This document shows positions 57,161-64,000 of a stretch of DNA of 64,000 nt, one piece after another (the first letter of the stretch is position 1; the number at the start of each line of letters is the position of its first letter). Origin of the DNA: Thermoanaerobaculia bacterium (GTDB lineage: Bacteria; Acidobacteriota; Thermoanaerobaculia; UBA5066; Gp7-AA6); NCBI GenBank assembly GCA_036395755.1, contig DASWCZ010000094.1, positions 13,884 to 77,883 on the forward strand. The letters run 5' to 3'. The notes beneath the pieces were generated by a model. That model was not told where the DNA came from, made no database searches, and was given only the letters and a program-made list of their open reading frames with translations. A program made the translations under genes and the position numbers.

Positions 57161-58525
57161 TCAAGCCTGCTCGGGCTCTAACGACGGCACCCCGGCGGGC
57201 GCGATAGCGAGGAGGCGCTCCTCCTGCGCGAGAACCGAGCGAAGCTCTTCCAGGTCCTCTACCGTGGAGTCGGCCAGGCCCGCGAACGGCGCTTCCGAAA
57301 GCGCCTCGCGGTACGGCAGCGACGCGATCCCGCCGTCGCGCAGAGCGTCCAAGAGCTCGCGGGTGCGAAAGGCGTCGAAGGAGGAGTGGAGCCGGCGCAG
57401 GACCGTGATCTCGTCGCCCGGTTCCTGGACTGCCGCGCGCACGGCGGCGAAAGCTCCCATGTTGCCGAGCGCCTCTTCCAGCAGGTCGGCGCGGAAGAAC
57501 GGGTTTTCCCGCGGAAGGGCGGTCAGTGGCGCCGAGAGATCGGGGCCCCGCCGCGCGATTGCGCCGAGCACGCGAAGCCAGGCGGCTAAGTGGGCATAGA
57601 CGAGCGGGTGATGAAGGCGGAACGACTTCCCGGCCCCGCGCTTGCCGACGAGGACCGAGAGCGCCTGCCCGGTGGAGATGGGAACCCGCGTCGAGATCCT
57701 GCCGGCCAGCTGGATCGGACTTCCCGCCAGTCGCTCGATCGCGCCGATTTTCGCGAGATCGTTCAAGATCGTGAAATCCTCGATTTCCCTTTTCTTCGGA
57801 AACCCGTCGACCCGGGCGTACGCGGACGCCTGGATCGCGAGGCACGACCCCATGCTCTGGTAGGCGTACGGCGACCCGGCCCACGCCAGGCCGAGCGTCT
57901 GGTAGCGCAGCGAGATCTCGTACAGGCGACCGGCGCGGGCGAGCGACCCTTGTTCGGAGAACCGGTGCTCGAAGAAATAGATCGCGGCCGCGGCGCGGTC
58001 AGCCCCGACCCCGGCGATCTGCTCGAAGTAGTCGCCGGGCAGAACCGTGTCGGCATCGGTCGCGTGGATCCAGGGCGATGCGATGCGGCCCGCCGCTCGC
58101 AGGCGGAGCACGAGATCGCACCCGATTTTCCGAGCGAGGCCGATGCCCTGCCCGGGCGGCAGAAAGTGACCGGGAGCGGAGCGATCGATGACGAGCAGCC
58201 GGCCGTGGGGATGATCGGAGAAACGAGCCGGAGGGTCCGTGGAAACGGTCCGGGACGGACCGAAGACCCGGGCGATCTCTTGCAGAACCGCCCGGTTCGC
58301 CTCGTGGACTTCCGTCGGCGAATCGGCGCGCGCGTTGACGACGACGATCACGAGCACAGGACCCATGGGGCCGGCCGGAACGGAGCGGATCGTTTCGAGG
58401 AGGCTGTCGTTCTCGGCGTACGCCGCGATCTCGAGCGCGTGCCCGAAATCTTCCTCGATCGAATTCGCGAGGGCCACTTCAGGCTCGGCGCCGCGAGCGA
58501 GGTATTCCGGGATGGTCTTCGTCAC
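57161..58525 (-). CDS. GT2-like (GT-A fold, SpsA-like) glycosyltransferase-domain protein with about 200-aa C-terminal extension
   Basis: VLVIVVVNARADSP...GQGIGLARKIGCDLV...WIHATDADTVLPGDYF (DxD) ...EDFTILNDLAKIG resembles GT2 family motifs. The C-terminal 200 aa has no recognisable domain. Confidence 0.5.
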   Translation of the reverse strand: MTKTIPEYLARGAEPEVALANSIEEDFGHALEIAAYAENDSLLETIRSVPAGPMGPVLVIVVVNARADSPTEVHEANRAVLQEIARVFGPSRTVSTDPPARFSDHPHGRLLVIDRSAPGHFLPPGQGIGLARKIGCDLVLRLRAAGRIASPWIHATDADTVLPGDYFEQIAGVGADRAAAAIYFFEHRFSEQGSLARAGRLYEISLRYQTLGLAWAGSPYAYQSMGSCLAIQASAYARVDGFPKKREIEDFTILNDLAKIGAIERLAGSPIQLAGRISTRVPISTGQALSVLVGKRGAGKSFRLHHPLVYAHLAAWLRVLGAIARRGPDLSAPLTALPRENPFFRADLLEEALGNMGAFAAVRAAVQEPGDEITVLRRLHSSFDAFRTRELLDALRDGGIASLPYREALSEAPFAGLADSTVEDLEELRSVLAQEERLLAIAPAGVPSLEPEQA

Positions 58526-58537
58526 CCTCGGCGCGGA

Positions 58538-58819
58538 TCAGCCTCCGCTGACCGCGGGCAGGATCGCGATCTCGCAATCGTCCGGAATCGGTGTCGCGAG
58601 CCCGTCGCCGAAACGGACGCAGTCCGCGCCGACGAAGAGGTTGACGTGGGGGCGGACCTCGCCCCGCTCGTCCAGAACGCGCCGCGCGACGCCCGGATAT
58701 TTCGCGGCGAGCGCGGCGAGCGCCTCGGCGAGCGTTGCCGGGCAGCTCTCCAGGTCGACCCGGGAACGGCCCTCGGCGAAGTCGCGCAGCGGGCCGGGCA
58801 CGAAGAAATGGACCGGCAT
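58538..58819 (-). CDS. MoaD/ThiS-family ubiquitin-fold sulfur-carrier-like protein ending in Gly-Gly
   Basis: 93 aa from MPVHFFVPGPLRDFAEG... to ...DDCEIAILPAVSGG-stop, a classic beta-grasp MoaD/ThiS pattern with a C-terminal GG. The ATG overlaps the upstream BNR-gene stop by 1 nt. Confidence 0.65.
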   Translation of the reverse strand: MPVHFFVPGPLRDFAEGRSRVDLESCPATLAEALAALAAKYPGVARRVLDERGEVRPHVNLFVGADCVRFGDGLATPIPDDCEIAILPAVSGG

Positions 58820-60033
58820 CAGGCCGCCTTCTTCCGCCGCCGCCGCTCGACCGTCCGCGGTTTTGCGGCCGGCACCCGGGCCCGCGCTTTCGCACGGCCG
58901 CTCACCGTCGCGGCGCGGACGCACGTGACGGCCGGAAGATTCTCCGCTACGAGCGACCAGCTCTCTCCCTCGTCGCGCGAGGCGTAGAGGCGTCCATCCC
59001 GCGTCCCGAAGTACACGCCCACCGGGTCCTCACGGTCGACCGCGAGGGCATCGCGCAGGACCGTGTCGTAGCAGTTCGTCTGAGGGAGGCCGCGGGCGAG
59101 CGGCTTCCACGACCGGGCGCCGTCGCGCGTTCGATACACGCGGAGCTTCCCCTCCGGCGGGCAGCGAAACTCATCCGACTGGAGCGGGACGATGTAGACC
59201 GTTTCGGCGTTGCGCGGATGGATCGCCATCGCGAAGCCGAAGTCGGACGGGACTCCTTTCGCCGCTTCGCGCCACGTGTCGCCTCCGTCGTCCGATCGGT
59301 AGAGGCCGAAGTGGTGCTGCAGGAAGAGGCGATCCGGCTGCGACGGATGCCGCGCGACCTTGTGGACGCACTGTCCGAACTCCGGCTCCTTCTCCTTCAG
59401 GAAGTCGGCCCGGATGCCGCGGTTTCTCGCCTGCCACGTCTTGCCGCCGTCGTCGGTGCGGTACACGCCGCCGGTGGACGTCGCGATCGTCAGGCGCTCG
59501 CGCCGCGCCGGATCGGTCAGGATCGTGTGGAGACAGAGCCCGCCGCCCCCCGGCATCCAGCGCGCCCGGTGCGGGTGGTTCCACAGGCCCTCGTTCAGGG
59601 ACCAGCTCTCCCCGGCATCCCGCGTCTCGAAGAGCGCGGACGGTTCGACCCCGCAGAAGATACGGTCGGGCTCGTCGTCTAAACCCGGCTCGATCTGCCA
59701 GACGTTTGCGAGCGAAGCTCCCGAGGTCTCTGGAAAGGAGATCCGCGGCACGTCCGGCCGGCTCCAGCGGCGCCCGAAATCGTCGCTCGCGCAGAGCTCC
59801 GCTCCCCAGTGGAGACTCTTGGGCGCCGCCCAGATTCGGTGGCGTCCGTCGCGCCCGTCGTAGGCCATCGCATAGACCGACTGGCCCGCGAAATGCGGGC
59901 CGCCGACGTCCCACCTCCGCCGCGAGCGGTCGGAGCGGAAGAGAAAAGCTCCTTTGATGGTGCCGACCAGAAGAACGACGTCCCCGTCGCGAGCCGTGAT
60001 GGGTTTGGCGGAGATCGCAGGACGGGAGGGCAC
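58819..60033 (-). CDS. BNR/Asp-box repeat protein (sialidase/Ycf48-like beta-propeller)
   Basis: Five or more Asp-box motifs (TRDAGESWS, TDDGGKTWQ, SDDGGDTWRE, TRDGARSWK, SRDEGESWS) and a basic C-terminal tail. Confidence 0.75.
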   Translation of the reverse strand: MPSRPAISAKPITARDGDVVLLVGTIKGAFLFRSDRSRRRWDVGGPHFAGQSVYAMAYDGRDGRHRIWAAPKSLHWGAELCASDDFGRRWSRPDVPRISFPETSGASLANVWQIEPGLDDEPDRIFCGVEPSALFETRDAGESWSLNEGLWNHPHRARWMPGGGGLCLHTILTDPARRERLTIATSTGGVYRTDDGGKTWQARNRGIRADFLKEKEPEFGQCVHKVARHPSQPDRLFLQHHFGLYRSDDGGDTWREAAKGVPSDFGFAMAIHPRNAETVYIVPLQSDEFRCPPEGKLRVYRTRDGARSWKPLARGLPQTNCYDTVLRDALAVDREDPVGVYFGTRDGRLYASRDEGESWSLVAENLPAVTCVRAATVSGRAKARARVPAAKPRTVERRRRKKAA

Positions 60034-60042
60034 GTCCGCATG

Positions 60043-60636
60043 CTACTCCTTCGTCCACGAGTGAAAAAGTGCTTCGACCTTTTCTTTCAGCTCCTCGAGC
60101 GAGCCGTCGTTGACCAATACATCGGTGGCGCGCCGCCGCGCCTCCTCCGGGGAGATCTGCGCCGCCATCCGGCGCCGGGCATCGTCGAGGTCGCCGCCTT
60201 TCCCGCTCCAGCGCGCGATCCGTTCCTCATCCGGCGCGACGACGAGCAGCACGCGGTCATAGCGGTTCTCTTTCGCGGCCTCGAGGAGCTGGGACGCCTC
60301 GGCGACGGCGACGCTTGCGCCCTTTCTCCGGGCTTCTTCGAACAGCCGTTCGATCTCGGCTCCCACCATCGGATGAATCCGCGACTCGAGCGCATGACGC
60401 TTCGCCGGGTCGGCAAAGACGATCTGCGCGAGACGAGTCCGATCCACCGCGCCGCGCGGATCCAGGACTTCGGTTCCGAAGAGCTCGGCGGCCGCTTTCT
60501 CTCCGGGTCCGCCCGGACGGTAGAGGTCGGCGACGATGCGATCCGCGTCGAAGACCGCGGCGCCGAGCGCGGAGAGATGCGCCGCGACCGTCGACTTGCC
60601 CGACGCGAGCCCGCCCGTCAAGCCGATTCGAAGCAC
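60043..60636 (-). CDS. coaE: dephospho-CoA kinase
   Basis: P-loop IGLTGGLASGKST and FDADRIVADLY, conserved CoaE motifs, in a 197-aa protein. Confidence 0.9.
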   Translation of the reverse strand: MLRIGLTGGLASGKSTVAAHLSALGAAVFDADRIVADLYRPGGPGEKAAAELFGTEVLDPRGAVDRTRLAQIVFADPAKRHALESRIHPMVGAEIERLFEEARRKGASVAVAEASQLLEAAKENRYDRVLLVVAPDEERIARWSGKGGDLDDARRRMAAQISPEEARRRATDVLVNDGSLEELKEKVEALFHSWTKE

Positions 60637-60639
60637 GGA

Positions 60640-61937
60640 TCAGGGAGCCGGCGCGCGAACGACTTCCCCCGCTTTCATCACGAAATCCACCCTCGACAGG
60701 ACGCCGACGTCCTTCAGGGGATCCCCGGGGACCGCGACGAGGTCCGCCCGCGCGCCCTTCTCGACGACGCCGATCTTCCCCGCGAGCCCCAGGAGCTCCG
60801 CGGCGACCGTCGTCGCGCTGCGGACGGCTTCGAGAGCCGACATTCCGACGCGGACTTCGTGCTCGAACTCCCGGGCCTGGTTGATCTCGGTCCAGGGGAA
60901 GCCGCCGGCGTCGGTTCCGAAGGCGATCTTCACACCGGCCTGCCGGCAGTTCGCGATCGATCGCGCGTGCGACTTGGGATCTCGGCCCAGATTCGACGAC
61001 CTTCCTTCGCGCGCGGCTCGGCCACGTAGGCGGTAACCGTCAGCGTGGGGGACAGAAAGATCCCCCTGCGCGCCATCTCGCGCGCGAGCTCCGGCCGGAT
61101 CGAGTCGCCGTGCTCGATCGAGTCCACTCCCGCTTCGACCGCGATTCGCGCGCCGGTGTCGGAAGTCGCATGCGCCGCCACTTTCGCGCCGCGCGTGTGA
61201 GCCTCGGAGACGACCGCCGCGAGCTCTTCCTTCGTCCAGTTCGGCGGCGAATCGACGTAGCCGTCCGACGTCGTGTGAAGGCCGCCGGTGTTCGCGTAGA
61301 TCTTGACCCAGTCCGTTCCGTAGGACAGCTGCTCCCGCACGGCGCGGCGGCATCCGTCCGCGCCGTCGCAGAGCTGCACGCCGGTCGGAAATTTCCAGTC
61401 CGGGCGGAAGTGGAGAATCGGGTACGTCCCCGTCGTCGATAGGGCGGGACCCGCGACCTGGAGGCGGGGCCCCGGGATCACCCCCTCGTTGACTGCGTCG
61501 CGCAGCGCCACGTCGTCATAGGAGGCGCCCTCGGTCTCCAGGTCGCGGAGCGTGGTAAAGCCGTGCTCGAGCGCGATCTTGAGCGCGCGCACCGCCCGCG
61601 CCACCCGGTGCGCTGGGTATTCCTTCAGGATCTGCTGCTCGTACTCGGCCTCCGTCGCGTCCCCCTGGAGAAGCACGTGCGTATGGGTATCGATCAGACC
61701 GGGCAGGAGAGTCCGATCTCCCAGGTCGATCACGCGAGCGCCGGCGGGCGCTTCACGCGCGACCTCCTCGACGAGATCGCCGCGGACGACGACGACGGGC
61801 CGGTCGACGTATCGGCCGGTTTTCACGTCGAGGAGGCGGGCAACTTTCACGGCGATGGGCGGCGCGTCCGGCGCAGCCGCCGCGAGGGAGGCAAACAGGA
61901 GCGTCGCCAGCGCGGCGATAGCGAGCACCGTCTTCAC
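60640..61937 (-). pseudogene. secreted amidohydrolase (metal-dependent, imidazolonepropionase/Xaa-Pro-dipeptidase-like) interrupted by a frameshift near 60985-61005
   Basis: The N-terminal part (signal peptide, DTHTHV metal motif, ...LSPTLTVTAYV) is in one frame (60930-61937). The C-terminal part (...SHARSIANCRQAGVKIAFGTDAGG...ARADLVAV...) is in another (60640-61353). Both halves are good amidohydrolase sequence. Confidence 0.6.
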
Positions 61938-61953
61938 AGTCGTCGAGAGGATC

Positions 61954-62694
61954 TTATCGGAGCTTGCGCGCGTGACGGAGGCCGCGTTCGTATCCGCGGC
62001 GGAAGTCGTCCGTCCCGAAATGCTCGGGATGAAGATGCCGCAGGTCGTTCGATGCCTCTTCGTAGCGGCGGCCGCGAAAGCGGGGCCGCATCGCCGCTTC
62101 GAAGCCTCGACGGTAGGCGGGCTCCGCAGCCGCGAAGCTCGCCCCGTCGCGCTCGTAGTCGGCCCTCTCGGCGTCGCGGATCCCGACCCACCAGCTCTCT
62201 CTCGCGGCGTCCAGGCTTTCTGCCCCCTCGGCCTCGAGCGCCGCCCGCGTGCGGGCCACCTGGTCCTCTTCGACCAGCGCGAAGACGACCGAGTGACCTC
62301 GCCTCAACGCGTCTTCGTAGAGGTAGAGCTCGTCCTTTGGAAGACCGCGGGACATCTTTTCTTCCAGCGCGCCGCCGGCGATCGCGCCGCCAACCGCCCC
62401 TCCGGCGCCGAAGAGCGCCCAGGCGAGCACGCCTGTCGCGACGACCGGCCCCACACCGGGGATCAAGAGGCTCGCCGCCGCCGCGCCCGCCGCGCCGCCG
62501 ACCACGCCGCCGAGAGCCTTGCCCATGCCGGACCCTTCGGTCTCGCTCGTCGCAACGCGGGAATGAATCTCCGCCTCCGAGCTGGCCGGGGTCAGAACGC
62601 TCACGCTTTCGCGAGAAACGCCCCCCCGGACCATGGCATCGGCAGCCCGCCTGGCCGGCTCCGCTTTACGGAAGATTCCGACGACCGACTCCAC
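61954..62694 (-). CDS. membrane protein with glycine-zipper TM segment (general-stress/DUF1269-like), function unknown
   Basis: GGVVGGAAGAAAASLLIPGVGPVVATGVLAWALFGAGGAVGGAIAGG glycine-zipper motif followed by a charged C-terminal domain. The 448-aa ORF upstream part overlaps the BON gene out of frame, so the start (GTG 62694 or ATG 62634) is uncertain. Confidence 0.5.
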   Translation of the reverse strand: MESVVGIFRKAEPARRAADAMVRGGVSRESVSVLTPASSEAEIHSRVATSETEGSGMGKALGGVVGGAAGAAAASLLIPGVGPVVATGVLAWALFGAGGAVGGAIAGGALEEKMSRGLPKDELYLYEDALRRGHSVVFALVEEDQVARTRAALEAEGAESLDAARESWWVGIRDAERADYERDGASFAAAEPAYRRGFEAAMRPRFRGRRYEEASNDLRHLHPEHFGTDDFRRGYERGLRHARKLR

Positions 62695-62705
62695 GACCGG
62701 GGAGT

Positions 62706-63254
62706 CTAGCTCTTCGCCTCGGCCGACTCCCAGCGATCGAGGACGCGCTCCGCCTTGCGGCGGGCAGCGCCCTGCGGCCCGGGGATGTCGTCGCCCGATG
62801 CGTACATCTCGAGCCGGTTCTCTACGTTGACGACCCCGGAGACCCCGCGGACGGCCGAGAGGAGATCGTCGAGCTCGCCCATCACGACCGGCCCGCAGAG
62901 CGTCACGGTCCCGGCGAGCGCCGTGACGTCGATCGGTCGCGGATTCGAGACCGAGCGGCCGAGCTCCGCACGCACGCGCTCCTCCAGCACCGCGTCGTCG
63001 ACCGCCTCGGTCTGCGTCATCGCCTTCACCTGCGCCGCTACGCCGCGGGCGCGGTTTCTCCAGTCCCGCGAGCGGACGCCGAGAGTGTCGCTCGCGCGGT
63101 TCACCGCCCGAACCGCCCTGTCCCGGACGAGAGCGCGGCGCCTCTTCCCGCGCTCCGGATCGAGCACGTACATCAGGGCCGCCCCGAGCCCGAGCCCGCC
63201 GATCAGCATTCCCGCGGTCCGGATCGCCGCATCGCTGTCTTTCAAAAACTTCAT
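62706..63254 (-). CDS. BON-domain (OsmY-like) protein with N-terminal TM helix
   Basis: N-terminal TM helix (AGMLIGGLGLGAALMYVL) and C-terminal BON-like domain (DDAVLEERVRAELGRS...LAGTVTLCGPVVMGELDDLLSAVRGVSGVVNVEN). Confidence 0.65.
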   Translation of the reverse strand: MKFLKDSDAAIRTAGMLIGGLGLGAALMYVLDPERGKRRRALVRDRAVRAVNRASDTLGVRSRDWRNRARGVAAQVKAMTQTEAVDDAVLEERVRAELGRSVSNPRPIDVTALAGTVTLCGPVVMGELDDLLSAVRGVSGVVNVENRLEMYASGDDIPGPQGAARRKAERVLDRWESAEAKS

Positions 63255-63381
63255 CCGAGGTCCTCCACCAGAAAGATTTGTAAGGAGAAAAATCGAGCAA
63301 GAAGCGGGCCAGAGAAAAGAAGCCCCAGGTGCACTTCGCCGAGCGCCGAAAAGAAGTGGCTCGAGAAAAGAGTCGATGCAG

Positions 63382-63768
63382 TCATCGCCTCTCCCTCTCG
63401 ATTTCGTCCAACAGCGCGCGGATTCGATCCCGCTCCTCCGGGGTCGCCTTCCTCGCGGACAGCGCCCGCATGACCAGTCGGGAAGACGAGCCGCCGAATG
63501 CCCGGTCGACCAGGTCTCCGACGATCTGCTGCTCGGTGCGTTCGCGGGGAAGACGGGGCGCGTAACGATGCGCCCGCTCCCTCTCGTCGCGGCGGACCAG
63601 CCCCTTCTTTGTCATGATCTGGAGAAGCTTCAGGACGGTGGTGTAGCCGGTGGGCCGCCGGGCGTCGAGCGTCTGCTGGACCTGCCGGACCGTGGACGGC
63701 CCCGCGTCCCAGAGCACGCTCAAGATCTCGAGCTCCGACGGCGTGGGACGGGGAGGATCCTTCGTCAT
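63382..63768 (-). CDS. BlaI/MecI/CopY-family transcriptional repressor
   Basis: Winged HTH (PSELEILSVLWDAGPSTVRQVQQTL...YTTVLKLLQIMTKKGLVRRDERERAHRYAP) and a C-terminal dimerisation helix, 128 aa. Confidence 0.85.
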   Translation of the reverse strand: MTKDPPRPTPSELEILSVLWDAGPSTVRQVQQTLDARRPTGYTTVLKLLQIMTKKGLVRRDERERAHRYAPRLPRERTEQQIVGDLVDRAFGGSSSRLVMRALSARKATPEERDRIRALLDEIERERR

Positions 63769-63794
63769 GTCCGTTCCCGGATTTGCAAACCTAA

Positions 63795-63810
63795 TACGAA
63801 CGTTTTCGTA
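63795..63810. promoter_or_regulatory. inverted repeat TACGAA-CGTT-TTCGTA upstream of the BlaI-family gene (candidate operator)
   Basis: Perfect 6-bp arms, 27-42 nt upstream of the repressor start, within an AT-rich segment. Confidence 0.4.
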
Positions 63811-63845
63811 AAGGGAGAATTTTTCGATGGCGTGCGGGTAACTAG

Positions 63846-63939
63846 CCGCCGAATTTAATTAGGTAAAAATAACCTATCGCCGAATTATTCCTGGCCAAGA
63901 AGGAAGTCGAGCCGATCGCCCGGCGAGAATTCGGCGGGC
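63846..63939. repeat. three copies of a CGCCGAATT motif (two direct, one inverted) flanking an AGGTAAAAATAACCT hairpin
   Basis: GCCGCCGAATTT (63846-63857), ATCGCCGAATTA (63876-63887) and GAATTCGGCGG (63928-63938) in the AT-rich intergenic DNA at the window edge. Confidence 0.5.
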
Positions 63940-64000
63940 GGCTCGCCTTTCCGGAAGAGCCGGGCCCGCGCGATTCCGCGAAGGGAGGCGTTCCCACCTT

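Noticed and set aside
55883-58525. Expected uracil-DNA-glycosylase partner next to the HhH radical-SAM gene
   Set aside because: Neither neighbour (argC; GT2-like protein) has family-4 UDG motifs (GEAPG / HPSP), so no UDG is present in this window.

Overview
High-GC bacterial chromosomal segment, no phylum assigned, densely packed with housekeeping operons and with no transposase, integrase, phage or CRISPR genes. Minus-strand blocks: nusA-infB-rbfA-truB-rpsO-pnp with rimP and a DUF503 gene; a putative polyprenyl-phosphate glycosylation trio (GT2, GT-C-like membrane protein, methyltransferase); argCJBDGH-argR preceded by an ARG-box operator; a radical-SAM/GT2-like/MoaD-like/BNR cluster followed by coaE; a frameshifted amidohydrolase; a BlaI-family repressor. 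Plus-strand blocks: metG 3' end, tatD-family and zincin genes; tonB-family, CoA-binding, htrA and sigma54 regulator genes; pyrE and a LOG-family gene; two tRNA-Val genes then thrS-infC-rpmI-rplT-pheS-pheT-zapB-like-zapA-rny-ymdB; an LPS/glycan cluster containing a Bcp-type peroxiredoxin; xseA-xseB-polyprenyl synthase, two zinc-ADHs, tlyA, nadK, tamB and an Omp85 protein. The two most notable observations are (1) the peroxiredoxin has an in-frame TGA exactly at the peroxidatic-Cys codon with a SECIS-like hairpin 17 nt downstream, making it a candidate selenoprotein, and (2) a dispersed GC-rich REP/MITE-like repeat family with four intergenic copies. Many long antisense ORFs in the six-frame track are treated as high-GC shadow ORFs.
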